Shown here in pieces: positions 48,424 to 58,929 of a stretch of DNA of 64,000 bases. The position numbers and the translations under genes were made by a program. Source of the stretch: Actinomycetota bacterium. GTDB lineage: Bacteria; Actinomycetota; CADDZG01; JAHWKV01. The stretch's first letter is position 1. Each line of letters begins with the position of its first letter. The notes under the pieces were generated by a model. That model did no database searches. It saw only the letters and a list, made by a program, of their open reading frames with translations, and was not told the DNA's origin. The stretch spans positions 21,079 through 85,078 of the forward strand of contig JBBDRQ010000061.1 in NCBI GenBank assembly GCA_040905365.1, read 5' to 3'.

Positions 48424-49893
48424 TTGCCTACACTCTCGGAGTTAGTCGAGGAGCACACCGATCTGCGGGTCGATGAGGTAGAGCACCTCGATCGGCTATT
48501 GGCGTCGTGGCAACTACTGGCGGACCTGTCGTTCGCCGACGTTTTGTTGTGGGCCCCGCGCAGCGGAGGCGAGGGGTTCGTTTGCGTTGCTCAGATGCGC
48601 CCCTACACGGCCCAGACCCTGTATCCGCAGGACTACTTCGGAACGGTTATTCGACCGGAGGAGCTGGCGGTCGTCGATCGCGCCTACCACGAGAGGTGCT
48701 ACTGGCAAAGCGACCAGCCGTTGATCATCGACGGCGAGCCTATTGACGTCGGGGCCATTCCCGTGCCAGTTGGCGATCGGGTTATAGCGGTGATGACCAC
48801 CCACGCAGCCCCGCTCAGTAACCGCAGGCGCGGTGAGCTCGAGCAAAATTACGTGGAGTGCGGCGACGTTCTCGGCCGGATGGTGGGTGAGGGGTCTTTC
48901 CCGTTTGCCGGCGAGGCGCTGGACCCGGAGCTGGCCCCGCGTGTGGGTGACGGCATGATCAGGCTTACCCAGTTTGGCGACGTCATCTACGCAAGCCCCA
49001 ACGCACTATCGGCTTACCGCCGGCTGGGGGTGCTGAGCAACATTCAAGGGGAGAGCATTTTCGACGTGGGCGTGGATGCAACCGCGGTCTCGGTCGCTCT
49101 GACTCTGGGCCGGCCCGCCCAAAAGGACGTTGAGGTCGGGCACTCGGTGGTGCTGCAAAGGGCGCTTCCGTTCCTGGAGGAGGGTCAGGTCACCGGGGTG
49201 CTCATGTTGGTTAGGGATGTAACCCAGCTTCGCTATCGTGAGCGCCAGCTGCAGCGCCAGGAAGCGATGATCCGGGAGGTCCACCACCGGGTCAAGAACA
49301 ACCTGCAGACCATCGCCAGCCTGCTGCGTCTGCAGGCCCGCCGGCTGGGCACCGAGGGGAAAAAGGAGCTGGAGGAAGCCACCAGGCGCATCGCCGCGAT
49401 CGCCTTGGTACACGAGACGCTTTCGAAGGAGTCGGGCCAGTACGTGGAGTTCGCCGAGGTGTCGGGGCGTCTGGTCCAGATGGTGTCGGCCGGTTTGCTG
49501 CACCCCGATCGTAAAGTGACCATCGATCTGGAGGGGGACCCCGGCAAACTCCACTCAGACATAGCGACGCCGCTCGCGGTGGTGTTGGTGGAGCTTTTGC
49601 AGAACGCGGTCGAGCATGCCTTTAGCGAACGCGACGGCGGCCGGGTGACGGTGACCATGGGCCGCAGCGATGAGCGGCTGCGTATGACCGTACAGGACAA
49701 CGGCAAAGGATTGCCGGAAGGCTTTTCGTTCAATCAAAGCGGTCTGGGGCTGCAGATCGTGAGGGAGTTGGTAGAAAGCGAGTTGGGCGGCGTTTTCGAC
49801 TTCGTGTCGCAGGGCGGCACCCAGATAGTGGTGGACGTGGGCATCGAGCGCCCTGTCGACCTCATGCCGCCGGTGAGCGCTAGCGCTAGGTAG
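48424..49893 (+). CDS. pdtaS: GAF-PAS-HisKA_2 sensor histidine kinase PdtaS-like
   Basis: HHRVKNNLQTIASLL H-box of the HisKA_2/HWE type; HATPase. Next to whiB1, as in mycobacteria. Confidence 0.8.
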   Translation: MPTLSELVEEHTDLRVDEVEHLDRLLASWQLLADLSFADVLLWAPRSGGEGFVCVAQMRPYTAQTLYPQDYFGTVIRPEELAVVDRAYHERCYWQSDQPLIIDGEPIDVGAIPVPVGDRVIAVMTTHAAPLSNRRRGELEQNYVECGDVLGRMVGEGSFPFAGEALDPELAPRVGDGMIRLTQFGDVIYASPNALSAYRRLGVLSNIQGESIFDVGVDATAVSVALTLGRPAQKDVEVGHSVVLQRALPFLEEGQVTGVLMLVRDVTQLRYRERQLQRQEAMIREVHHRVKNNLQTIASLLRLQARRLGTEGKKELEEATRRIAAIALVHETLSKESGQYVEFAEVSGRLVQMVSAGLLHPDRKVTIDLEGDPGKLHSDIATPLAVVLVELLQNAVEHAFSERDGGRVTVTMGRSDERLRMTVQDNGKGLPEGFSFNQSGLGLQIVRELVESELGGVFDFVSQGGTQIVVDVGIERPVDLMPPVSASAR

Positions 49894-49899
49894 TTCTAG

Positions 49900-50196
49900 C
49901 TATCTGCCCAGGGAATACTGACGCCGGCTGACGGCGATAGATTTGCGCTCTTCCTCGGAAAACCCTCCCCATACGCCGCACTCTTGGTGGGTTTCCAGGG
50001 CCCACTCGAGGCAGTCTCTTTTGACCGGGCACGGCTTGCAGACCTGTTTGGCGCGCTCGATCTGATCGAGAGCAGGTCCGGTACTTCCGATGGGGAAGAA
50101 AAGGTCCGGGTCGGTTGATTCGCGACAGTTGGCCCGTTGGCGCCAGTCGCTTTCGGACGATACGCCCGACTCTAGGTAGAAGGTTATTTCTTTCAT
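49900..50196 (-). CDS. whiB1: WhiB1-like regulator
   Basis: 98 aa from an internal ATG; four Cys (CRE ... CKPCPVKRDC) plus GVWGG. Confidence 0.8.
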   Translation of the reverse strand: MKEITFYLESGVSSESDWRQRANCRESTDPDLFFPIGSTGPALDQIERAKQVCKPCPVKRDCLEWALETHQECGVWGGFSEEERKSIAVSRRQYSLGR

Positions 50197-50377
50197 TGGA
50201 GGGCTACGGAGTTGAAATATGTCATGGCTGAGAACAAGGTGAGAATATGACTGTTGTGTTAACTCTGCAAGACCCCCGAGCGCATTTTTTTCCGTTCTTG
50301 GTATTGTCTCGCACACTCTCCTCGCGACGTTGAGCTCAGGCCTTACGGATGCCGGCCTACCGCCGATCTTCTCGCCG

Positions 50378-51310
50378 ATGCTTCCTACCTTCACCGAAGA
50401 CCCCTTTGACTCACCGGATTATGTGTACGAGGTCAAATGGGACGGGGTTAGGGTGCTGGCCTTCTGCGACCCCAACGGCACGCGGCTGGTATCCCGAACT
50501 AAGCACGACGTTACCCACCAGTACCCCGAATTCGGCGACCTGCACACCATGGTGAAGCCGGCTACAGCTGTTGTGGACGGCGAGATCGTAGCCCTCGATC
50601 CCGACGGCCGCCCATCTTTCGAGCTACTTCAAAAGCGCATCAACATAGCCCGCCCTGCCGACATCGCACGCGCCGCCGCTCAGCAGCCTCTGCACCTGGT
50701 CCTGTTCGATCTGGTCTTCGCGGGAGGGCAGTGGCTGGGCGGACAGCCGCTGGCCGAGCGGGCCGTCGGCTTGAGGTCTACTGTTCGGTTCGGGGACCGG
50801 ATCCTTTGTTCGGAGCAGATCCCAGAGCACGGCCTGGCTTTATTCCAGGCCGTGCGCGCCCGGGGTTTGGAGGGCATCGTGGCCAAGCGCAGCGCCAGCC
50901 GCTACACGCCGGGCAAGCGCACCCGCGACTGGCTGAAGATTAAGACGGCCTACGATCTGGACTGCGTCGTGGGGGGGTACACGGCGGGCAAGAAGGGTCG
51001 AGCCGATTCGCTCGGCGCCCTACTTCTCGGCGTTTACGACGAGGATGGCCTGCGGTATGTAGGCTCCGTCGGCACCGGGTTTGACCAATCCACACTGGCG
51101 GTGCTGCGGTACGGTCTCGACGGTATCCGCACGGATCAAAACCCGTTTTGCGGGCCGGTACCGGTCAAGCAAGCCCGCTGGGTTGAGCCTTCCCTCGTAT
51201 GTAAGGTCCAGTACCGGGAACTCACGGCGGGCAAGAAACTCCGAGCGCCGTCGTTCAAGGGGGTGCGCGGCGACAAGGCGCCGCGGGAGTGTAGGTTACC
51301 GGAATCCTAG
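50378..51310 (+). CDS. ATP-dependent DNA ligase (ligase-domain only, LigC/LigD-like; NHEJ)
   Basis: Adenylation motif I EVKWDGVR. About 310 aa. Convergent with ku. Confidence 0.8.
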   Translation: MLPTFTEDPFDSPDYVYEVKWDGVRVLAFCDPNGTRLVSRTKHDVTHQYPEFGDLHTMVKPATAVVDGEIVALDPDGRPSFELLQKRINIARPADIARAAAQQPLHLVLFDLVFAGGQWLGGQPLAERAVGLRSTVRFGDRILCSEQIPEHGLALFQAVRARGLEGIVAKRSASRYTPGKRTRDWLKIKTAYDLDCVVGGYTAGKKGRADSLGALLLGVYDEDGLRYVGSVGTGFDQSTLAVLRYGLDGIRTDQNPFCGPVPVKQARWVEPSLVCKVQYRELTAGKKLRAPSFKGVRGDKAPRECRLPES

Positions 51311-51314
51311 GGTA

Positions 51315-52139
51315 CTAGGCGGATTGGGCCTTTTGGGATGCCTTCTTTGGCTCGGAATCTTCCTCGGCCTGCTTCTTGGTCGCCTCCACGCTGGCCTTGA
51401 GGGCGTCCATGAGATCGAGAATCTGCGAGGGCTGCTTGGTGGGCGCCACGGCCACCTCCTGGCCCTCGACCTTGGCCTGCACCGCCGCGGCCAGCCGTTC
51501 TCGGTACGTGTCCACGAAGGCCTCCGGGCGGAACGAATCGCTCAGGTTCTCGATGAGGCTCTTGGCCATTTCCAGCTCTTGCTTGCGGATCTCCGGTTCC
51601 TTCGACAGCTCATCGAGCTCCGGTTGCCGGATCTCGTCCGGCCAGTGCATTGTCTCCAGGACGAAGACCCCGTCACGTACCCGTAGGGTCGCCAGGTGCT
51701 CCTTGTCCCGCAGTGTGATTTTGGCGATGCCGATGCGGCCCGAGTCGCTCATAGCCTGTTCCAGCAGTTTGTATGCCTTGAGCCCGGTGGGTTCGGGGGC
51801 CACGTAATAGGGCTTTTGGAAGTAGACGGGATCTATCTCCTCCAGCGGTACGAAAGCCACGACGTCGATAGCCTTGATGCTGTCCGCGGGCAGCTGTTGC
51901 AGCTCCTCCTCGGTGAAAACGGCGTAGTTGCCCTTTTCGAACTCGTACCCTTTGACGATCTCGTCGAAGGAAACCTCTTCGTCGCAGACGCTGCACACTC
52001 GCTTGTACCGGATACGCCCTTTGTCCTTGTCGTGCAGTTGATTGAAACGAAACGACCGTTCCTCTACCGCCGAATACAGGCTAACCGGGATCGTGATCAG
52101 ACCGAAGGTGATGGCGCCCTTCCATATAGCTTTTGGCAT
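51315..52139 (-). CDS. ku: Ku DNA end-binding protein (NHEJ)
   Basis: MPKAIWKGAITFGLITIPVSLYSAVEE, a Ku core. 274 aa. Confidence 0.9.
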   Translation of the reverse strand: MPKAIWKGAITFGLITIPVSLYSAVEERSFRFNQLHDKDKGRIRYKRVCSVCDEEVSFDEIVKGYEFEKGNYAVFTEEELQQLPADSIKAIDVVAFVPLEEIDPVYFQKPYYVAPEPTGLKAYKLLEQAMSDSGRIGIAKITLRDKEHLATLRVRDGVFVLETMHWPDEIRQPELDELSKEPEIRKQELEMAKSLIENLSDSFRPEAFVDTYRERLAAAVQAKVEGQEVAVAPTKQPSQILDLMDALKASVEATKKQAEEDSEPKKASQKAQSA

Positions 52140-52205
52140 CGGGCCTCCTTGGTTTGGCAGCTTTAAGACTTCGGTTGAAGGTTTCCCGGCCTATTTATTC
52201 TAACC

Positions 52206-52217
52206 TTCGGTACCGAA
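52206..52217. promoter_or_regulatory. Perfect 12-bp palindrome TTCGGTACCGAA upstream of ku
   Basis: The palindrome is read directly from the sequence, between the ABC-2 permease stop and the ku start. Confidence 0.3.
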
Positions 52218-52224
52218 CGGGGCA

Positions 52225-53043
52225 CTAGCTCACTTCCTTGCGCTCGGCAATCAAGAAGCTGAGGGTGACCGCCACCGCAAGGTAGGCAAGGGCCCATCCG
52301 AACCGGGCTCCGTTACCGGCCAGCAGGACCCCGTCGGCGACGCTTGAGCCGATCCCGGATTCTGCGGCGGCCCCCGATTGCGAAAGTGGCGAGAGAAGCT
52401 TTTTTGGAGTGATGAACCAGGCGGCGGTGATGACCGCAGCCGGACCCCCGGTGACGTTGCCGTTCGAGACGAGCACGTATAGGGCGGAGACCGGCGTGGC
52501 GGCCGCGTACAGCAGGTAGCCGGAGAAGGCCGCGATCAGCGGGTGGCCGATCAGTGTGGACATGAAAGTAACGATGCCGGCCAGCAGGCTTAAGTTGAAG
52601 GCGGTAACCGCCCAGTGGCCGAGGACGTCCGGGTTGACTCCGGATTGGTCGATCGTCCCCACGCTGGTCGCCAGGAGTGCCATCAGCGCGCAGAGCCCAA
52701 CGATCACTGCGATGCTGCCCAGCAGGCGCCCGAGAACGAACTGCCAGCGAGCCACCGGCCGCGCGAGAATCAGCGCGGCCTCACCGTCGGCGAACGGCCG
52801 TCCGACGTTGTTCATCGAGACTGCGATCGCGGCCAGAACCGTCATCGCCGGCAAAAGTCCAACCGACGCGATCGTTGCCATGCCCACCGCAGCGTTTACC
52901 AGGGTGGCGCCCAGATCGGTGTTGAGCGTCAGGTAAATCAAGCCGGCTACGATCGCCAGTGTGGCAACGACGAAGAAGCCGATGAGTTTGCGCCGGCGGT
53001 GCTCCAGTATGGAGGCCGAAGCAATGGTCAGGACCGCTCTCAA
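52225..53043 (-). CDS. ABC-2 type transporter permease
   Basis: Six TM helices. The TTG start overlaps the ATPase stop (TTGA). The ORF-track extension to 53613 is spurious. Confidence 0.6.
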   Translation of the reverse strand: MRAVLTIASASILEHRRRKLIGFFVVATLAIVAGLIYLTLNTDLGATLVNAAVGMATIASVGLLPAMTVLAAIAVSMNNVGRPFADGEAALILARPVARWQFVLGRLLGSIAVIVGLCALMALLATSVGTIDQSGVNPDVLGHWAVTAFNLSLLAGIVTFMSTLIGHPLIAAFSGYLLYAAATPVSALYVLVSNGNVTGGPAAVITAAWFITPKKLLSPLSQSGAAAESGIGSSVADGVLLAGNGARFGWALAYLAVAVTLSFLIAERKEVS

Positions 53044-53759
53044 GACTGCGCCTCGATCAGGTCGACGAAGACGGTCTCCAGGTCCGTGCCCTCCGGCACC
53101 AACTCCGACATGGTTCCGGTCGCCAGCAGCTTCCCCTTGTGAATGATCGCAACGTGATCGCAGGACCGCTCCACCTCGGACAGCAGATGTGAGTTGAGGA
53201 TTACGGTGCCGCCCCTTTCGCGGGCCTCGACGATCTGGTTGCGCACCGTTCGCCGCCCGATCGGATCCAGATCGGCGGTGGGTTCGTCGAGCAACAGCAT
53301 CCGGGGTTCTCCAAGAAGGCCTTGGGCCAGGGCCAGACGCCGCACCATGCCTTTGGAGTAGGACTTGATGCGTTTGGGAGCGTCGGCGAGGTCGGCGGCG
53401 TCCAGGCGTTCGGAGACGGCCGAGTCTATTTGGCTGCGGGGCAGGTTGATAAGGCGCGCGTGAATCCTCATCACCTCCTCGGCGGACAGGTAGTCGCCGA
53501 ACCGGGGGGATTCGGGAACGAAGCCCACCCCCACTCTGGAGCCCGGGCGGCCGGCGGGGGATCCGAAGATACTGAGTGAACCCGAGTTGGGTGTCAGCAA
53601 TCCCAACAGACACTTGACGAAAGTGGTCTTTCCGGCGCCATTGGGGCCCAACAGGCCGAAGACGGTACCCTCCGGGATCTCCAGGTTCAACCCGTGGATG
53701 CCCCGGCCCGACTTTCTGTATCTCTTGACCAGATCGCGCGCGTCGACGGCAGCGGTCAT
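53040..53759 (-). CDS. ABC transporter ATP-binding protein
   Basis: Walker A GPNGAGKTT; ABC signature; Walker B LLLDEPT. Confidence 0.85.
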   Translation of the reverse strand: MTAAVDARDLVKRYRKSGRGIHGLNLEIPEGTVFGLLGPNGAGKTTFVKCLLGLLTPNSGSLSIFGSPAGRPGSRVGVGFVPESPRFGDYLSAEEVMRIHARLINLPRSQIDSAVSERLDAADLADAPKRIKSYSKGMVRRLALAQGLLGEPRMLLLDEPTADLDPIGRRTVRNQIVEARERGGTVILNSHLLSEVERSCDHVAIIHKGKLLATGTMSELVPEGTDLETVFVDLIEAQS

Positions 53760-53790
53760 GGGCGAGTCGAAACGGTGCCGGGCGCCAGGG

Positions 53791-54474
53791 TTACTCCCGG
53801 CCGTCCAGCTGGTTGAGGATCTGGGGAAGGGGAAGGTTCACGCAGGTGAAGATGGGTATGTCCCGTGCGGTGTAGGCGGAGGATTCCGACCCCCGCAGTT
53901 CCTCCACCAGGTCGAGGAACTCGCCCAGGGAGTTGCCTTCGAAGGCCACGACAAACTCCTGGTCGTCGATGCCGAAGGAGTAGCCGGTGTGGATGGCGAC
54001 CTCCGGGTAGCGGTGTCCGATCTTGAAGTGCTCGCCCATGATTTTGCGTCGATCCTCGAAGGGCAGCCGGTACCAGGAGCGCAGCTTGTCCATCGGGTAG
54101 ACGAACAAGTACTTGGATCCCTTGGGTCCGGCGGGCATGTTGAATTCCTGACCCTCATGCTTGTGGCCTTTGAGGTAGGCGGACTTCCGGGTCATCGCCA
54201 GGTAGGAATAGGTGGGGTTGAGATAACGGCCCAGGTTGGTGGCGTTGAGAGCCGCCTGGAACTCCTGGAGCCCCTCGGGTCCGCCGGATATCTGCCACAG
54301 AGCCAGGTCGCAGTCTTCACGGAGCCCGACCGTGGAGTACGGGTGAACCTCGATCGAGGCGCCGGCCACCGTCTCGGCAAGCTCCTTTTTGTGGATAGAT
54401 CGTTCCTCGTCGGTCAATCGCCGCCAGGCCGGATCCACTTGGTAGAAGCTGTAGCGCATCAACTTACGGTCCAT
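53791..54474 (-). CDS. hemQ: Coproheme decarboxylase / chlorite dismutase-family HemQ
   Basis: 227 aa in the HemQ/ChdC family, adjacent to hemL and hemB. Confidence 0.75.
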   Translation of the reverse strand: MDRKLMRYSFYQVDPAWRRLTDEERSIHKKELAETVAGASIEVHPYSTVGLREDCDLALWQISGGPEGLQEFQAALNATNLGRYLNPTYSYLAMTRKSAYLKGHKHEGQEFNMPAGPKGSKYLFVYPMDKLRSWYRLPFEDRRKIMGEHFKIGHRYPEVAIHTGYSFGIDDQEFVVAFEGNSLGEFLDLVEELRGSESSAYTARDIPIFTCVNLPLPQILNQLDGRE

Positions 54475-54477
54475 GTC

Positions 54478-55770
54478 TTAGGTAATCCTTTCTAGCGCCT
54501 GACCCGCGGCCGACAGCACCAGGTCGAGGTCGTCGGCGGTATGGGCTGCGCTTATAAAGGCCGCCTCGAACTGCGACGGCGGCCAGTAAACACCTTGCTC
54601 CAGCATCGCATGGAAAAAGTGCCCGAACCGGTTGGTGTCCGACCGTTGGGCGTCCTCCAGGTTGGTGACCGGTCCCTCTGTGAAGAACGCGGTCAGCATC
54701 GAGCCCGCCCTCTGTACGGTCAGCGGAACTGCGCTTGCTTCGCCCAACCGGAGCAGCCCGGCCTGCAGGCCGGCCCCGCGCTCCTCGAGCTGCGCGTAAA
54801 GATCTCCGCCAAACTTTGAGATTCCGGTGAGGGTGGCGATCCCGGCGATTACGCTCATCGGGTTTCCGGCCAGCGTGCCCGCCTGATAGACGCCTCCGGC
54901 GGGTGCCATCATCTCCATCAGGTCGCGTCTGCCTCCGTATGCGCCGACCGGCAGGCCGCCGCCTATGACCTTGCCAAGGGTGGTCAGGTCCGGGTCGATC
55001 CCGAATTTTCCTTGCGCACCCGAGTATCCGACGCGAAAGCCGGTGACCACCTCGTCGAAGATCAGCAGCGAACCGGCGTCATCGCAGAGTTTGCGCAGCC
55101 CCTCCAGGAAACCCGCCACCGGCGGAACCACGCCCATGTTGGCGGCCACGGGCTCGACGATCACCGCGGCTAGCTCGCCGGCGTGATCCTCGAAAGCCCG
55201 TCTGGCGGCCTCCAGGGAGTTGTAAGGAGCCACCAGCGTGTCGGAGGAGGTCCCGCGGGTAACCCCCGGTGAGTCGGGCAGGGCCAAGGTAGCCACGCCG
55301 GAGCCCGCGGACACCAGCAGCGAGTCCACGTGGCCGTGGTAGTTGCCGGCGAACTTTAAGATTTTGGACCGACGCGTCGCGGCGCGGGCCAGCCGCAGAG
55401 CGCTCATCGTAGCTTCGGTGCCCGAGTTGACCAACCTAACCATGTCCACGGCCGGCAGGGCGTCGACGATAATCTTGGCCAAGCGGGTTTCGTTGGCGAT
55501 GGGGGTCCCAAACGACGTGCCGTCGGCGGCAACGGCCTGCAAGGAAGTGACCACCTCAGGGTGGGCGTGGCCGAGGAGCAGCGGCCCCCAGGAGCCGAGC
55601 ATGTCGAGGTAGCGGTTGCCGTCCAGGTCGGTTACCCAACTGCCGCTTGCCGATCGCATGAATACCGGCGTGCCTCCGACCGAGCCGAACGCCCGTACGG
55701 GCGACGAGACCCCTCCGGGCATGAACTTTTGCGCCTGCTTGAAGGCCTGTTCGGATTTGCTGCGTTTCAT
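54478..55770 (-). CDS. hemL: Glutamate-1-semialdehyde 2,1-aminomutase
   Basis: Class III aminotransferase; the ORF is 430 aa. Confidence 0.9.
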   Translation of the reverse strand: MKRSKSEQAFKQAQKFMPGGVSSPVRAFGSVGGTPVFMRSASGSWVTDLDGNRYLDMLGSWGPLLLGHAHPEVVTSLQAVAADGTSFGTPIANETRLAKIIVDALPAVDMVRLVNSGTEATMSALRLARAATRRSKILKFAGNYHGHVDSLLVSAGSGVATLALPDSPGVTRGTSSDTLVAPYNSLEAARRAFEDHAGELAAVIVEPVAANMGVVPPVAGFLEGLRKLCDDAGSLLIFDEVVTGFRVGYSGAQGKFGIDPDLTTLGKVIGGGLPVGAYGGRRDLMEMMAPAGGVYQAGTLAGNPMSVIAGIATLTGISKFGGDLYAQLEERGAGLQAGLLRLGEASAVPLTVQRAGSMLTAFFTEGPVTNLEDAQRSDTNRFGHFFHAMLEQGVYWPPSQFEAAFISAAHTADDLDLVLSAAGQALERIT

Positions 55771-55777
55771 GGCTTCC

Positions 55778-56749
55778 TTACTCGCTCATCCATTTCGCTG
55801 CATCCAGCGCGTGGTACGTGATGACGAAGTCGGCGCCCGAGACCACCATCGAACCAATGATCTCGAGCGCCGCCAAACGCTCATCCATCCAACCACGTTC
55901 GGCGGCGGCTTTGACCATGCCGTATTCGCCGCTCACGTTGTAGGCGCTCAGCGGCACGTCGAACCGCTGGCGAATCTGATGAATCAAGCTGAGGTTTACC
56001 AGGGCCGGTTTGACCATCACGATGTCCGCTCCCTCGGCCAGGTCACGCTCAACGCTGGCCAGACCCTGGCGGTGGCTGTGCGGATCGATCTGGTAGGTAC
56101 GGCGATCACCGAAGGCCGGAGTCGAGCCTGCCGCGTCGCGAAAAGGTCCGTACATAGACGAGGCGAACTTGGCCGCGTACGACATGATGCCGGTTTCGGC
56201 GAAGCCCGCGGTGTCGAGGGCGTCGCGGATGGCGCGAACTCGCCCGTCCATCATGTCCGAGGGCGAGACGAAGTCAGCTCCGGCCTCCGCCTGCGACACG
56301 GCGGTGCGGGCGATGATTTCCACCGAAGCATCGTTGTCCAGCCGCCCCGTCTGCACTATGCAGCAGTGGCCGGTGTCGGTGAACCCGCATAGGCAGGTGT
56401 CGGCGAAGACCACCAATTCCGGTGCGGTCTGCTTGATCCGGGCGATGGCCTGCTGGGACGGGCCGTCGGAGGCGAAGGCTCGGGATGCGCTTGGATCCTT
56501 GGCCGCCGTAACCCCGAAGATCAGCACGGCCGGAATTCCAAGAGATTGCGCTTGCTCGGCGATTTTGTGGACTTCGGAGGTCGGCCAGCTGTAGTGGCCG
56601 GGGAGTGAAGCCAGCGGCTGTCTGGTCGTTAGCTCCTCTGAAACGAAGATGGGAAGCACCAGCCGGGAGGGGTCGAGTCTGGCTTCGGCCACAAGCCGCC
56701 GGATCCCGGGTGTGCGGCGAAGCCTCCTGAGGCGTTTAGGTTGCGTCAT
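55778..56749 (-). CDS. hemB: Porphobilinogen synthase (ALA dehydratase)
   Basis: Starts at the internal ATG (MTQPK), which overlaps the leuD stop (ATGA). Has ALAD active-site Lys motifs. Confidence 0.85.
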   Translation of the reverse strand: MTQPKRLRRLRRTPGIRRLVAEARLDPSRLVLPIFVSEELTTRQPLASLPGHYSWPTSEVHKIAEQAQSLGIPAVLIFGVTAAKDPSASRAFASDGPSQQAIARIKQTAPELVVFADTCLCGFTDTGHCCIVQTGRLDNDASVEIIARTAVSQAEAGADFVSPSDMMDGRVRAIRDALDTAGFAETGIMSYAAKFASSMYGPFRDAAGSTPAFGDRRTYQIDPHSHRQGLASVERDLAEGADIVMVKPALVNLSLIHQIRQRFDVPLSAYNVSGEYGMVKAAAERGWMDERLAALEIIGSMVVSGADFVITYHALDAAKWMSE

Positions 56750-57348
56750 GCCGGATCGGGTACCGCAGGACTCCACTTGGGCCTGGACTTTTCGAACTCC
56801 GAGATCTCGCCGGCCCGCTGCAGGGTCAGCGATATATCGTCCAGCCCGTTCATGAGCCGGTACTGAGCGAAGTCGTCGAGCGGGAACGGCGCCGTGATCC
56901 CTGCCGAGTCCACCGCGACGGTTCGCTCGGCCACGTCGATGGTGATCAAGGTGGTGGGATCCTGCTTAACGGCCTCTTCGATAGCTTTGGCCTGCTCGGG
57001 CTCCACCTGTACGGCCAGTAAACCGTTCTTCAGAGCGTTGGCTCGGAAGATGTCGGCAAAGCTGTCGGAGATCACCGCGTAAAAGCCCGATTCTTCCAGG
57101 GCCCATACGGCGTGCTCCCGGGAGGAGCCGCATCCGAAGTTGGATCCCGCCAGCAGGATGGATGCCCTCTTGTACTCGGGCCGGTTCAAAACGAAGTCGG
57201 GATCCTCCATCCAGGCCGAGAACAGGCCCGCGCCGAATCCGGTGCGCTCGATGCGTTTAAGCCAGACCGCCGGGATGATCTGGTCGGTGTCGACGTTGCT
57301 GCGCTCCAAGGGTACGGCGGTGCCTACAACCTTTTTGACTGGTTCCAC
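56746..57348 (-). CDS. leuD: 3-isopropylmalate dehydratase small subunit
   Basis: 200 aa; LeuD family. Confidence 0.9.
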   Translation of the reverse strand: MEPVKKVVGTAVPLERSNVDTDQIIPAVWLKRIERTGFGAGLFSAWMEDPDFVLNRPEYKRASILLAGSNFGCGSSREHAVWALEESGFYAVISDSFADIFRANALKNGLLAVQVEPEQAKAIEEAVKQDPTTLITIDVAERTVAVDSAGITAPFPLDDFAQYRLMNGLDDISLTLQRAGEISEFEKSRPKWSPAVPDPA

Positions 57349-57354
57349 CTCAGC

Positions 57355-58776
57355 TCAACTCCCGGTCTCTAGGGCACTAAGGTCGGACGGCGCGGCGAAG
57401 TGCCCGGCTATCGCAGTAGCCGCGGCAACCGCGGGAGAGACCAGGTGGGTCCGTCCTCCCTTTCCCTGCCGTCCTTCGAAGTTGCGGTTGGAGGTCGACG
57501 CGCAGCGCTGGCCCGGCTGCAGCTGGTCGGGGTTCATGCCCAGGCACATGGAGCACCCGGCTCCTTCCCGCCACTCGAATCCGGCTTGGGTAAATATCTT
57601 GTCCAAACCTTCGGCCTCCGCGTCGGATTTTACCTTCATGGATCCGGGCACCACCATCGCCTTGACGCCGTCGGATACATGCCGGCCGGCGACCACTTCG
57701 GCCGCGGCCCGCAAGTCCTCTAGGCGTGAGTTGGTACATGACCCTATAAAGACCTGGTCCACGGTGATGTCGCGAATCGCAGTACCGGGCTTGAGCGCCA
57801 TGTAGTCGAGCGCCCTGCGGGCCGCTTCTTTGAGCGCCGGGTCGGTGTAGTCCTCGGGGTCCGGAACCCGGTCCTCGAGGCCTACGGTCTGGGCCGGGTT
57901 GGTTCCCCAGCTGACGTACCGGCGCAGGTTGGCGGCGTCGATGACTATCTCTTTGTCAAACTCGGCGTCTGCATCGGTGACCAGCGACCGCCAGTCCTGC
58001 ACAGCCGCTTCCCAGTCCCGCCCATTCGGTGCGTAGTTTCGGCCTTCGAGCCAGGCGAAGGTCGTCTCGTCTGGCGCGATCATGCCGGCCCGGGCCCCGC
58101 CCTCGATGGACATGTTGCACACCGTCATGCGTCCCTCCATTGACAAAGAGCGGATGGCTTCGCCGCGGTACTCGATGATGCAGCCGGCACCGCCCCCGGT
58201 GCCGATGTGAGCGATGATGCCCAGGATCACGTCCTTGGAGGTCAGGCCCTCGGGCAGAGTGCCGTTGACCGTGACCGCCATCGTGGCCGGTTTGACCTGG
58301 GCCAGGGTTTGGGTGGCGAGCACGTGCTCCACCTCGCTGGTGCCGATGCCAAAAGCGAGCGCGCCAAAGGCGCCGTGCGTGGAGGTGTGGCTGTCGCCGC
58401 ACACTATGGTTGCGCCCGGCTGCGTCAGACCCAGCTCGGGGCCGATGACATGCACTATGCCCTGTCCGGGGTGGCCCATGGGCAAAAGCTTGATGCCGAA
58501 TTCATCGCAGTTGGAACGCAAAGCCTCGATCTGCTTGGCGGATACCGGATCGGCGACCGGCTTGTTGATGCCGATCGTAGGTACGTTGTGGTCCATGGTG
58601 GCCAGCGTGAGGTCGGGCCGGCGAACCCTGCGCCCGGCCAGCCGCAGGCCTTCGAACGCTTGCGGCGAGGTCACCTCATGTATCAGGTGAAGGTCGACGT
58701 AGAGCAGATCGGGCTCCCCCCGCGCCGAGTGCACGACGTGTCGGTCCCAGACCTTCTCGGCCAGTGTCTTACCCAT
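57355..58776 (-). CDS. leuC: 3-isopropylmalate dehydratase large subunit
   Basis: 473 aa; aconitase family with three Fe-S Cys ligands. Confidence 0.9.
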   Translation of the reverse strand: MGKTLAEKVWDRHVVHSARGEPDLLYVDLHLIHEVTSPQAFEGLRLAGRRVRRPDLTLATMDHNVPTIGINKPVADPVSAKQIEALRSNCDEFGIKLLPMGHPGQGIVHVIGPELGLTQPGATIVCGDSHTSTHGAFGALAFGIGTSEVEHVLATQTLAQVKPATMAVTVNGTLPEGLTSKDVILGIIAHIGTGGGAGCIIEYRGEAIRSLSMEGRMTVCNMSIEGGARAGMIAPDETTFAWLEGRNYAPNGRDWEAAVQDWRSLVTDADAEFDKEIVIDAANLRRYVSWGTNPAQTVGLEDRVPDPEDYTDPALKEAARRALDYMALKPGTAIRDITVDQVFIGSCTNSRLEDLRAAAEVVAGRHVSDGVKAMVVPGSMKVKSDAEAEGLDKIFTQAGFEWREGAGCSMCLGMNPDQLQPGQRCASTSNRNFEGRQGKGGRTHLVSPAVAAATAIAGHFAAPSDLSALETGS

Positions 58777-58929
58777 GCGCGTTTGTTGTGCTCCTTGGAA
58801 GGTAAAAGGTCAGTATTCAAGTGTAGTTGGTCCCGGGCGCTGGCTACGGCGGCGAGGTCCGGCCGATCGGTAGTTGCTCTGGGTTCGATCTTATCCCCGC
58901 CGAGGGTGCGGGCTTAAGGAGGGTGATTC

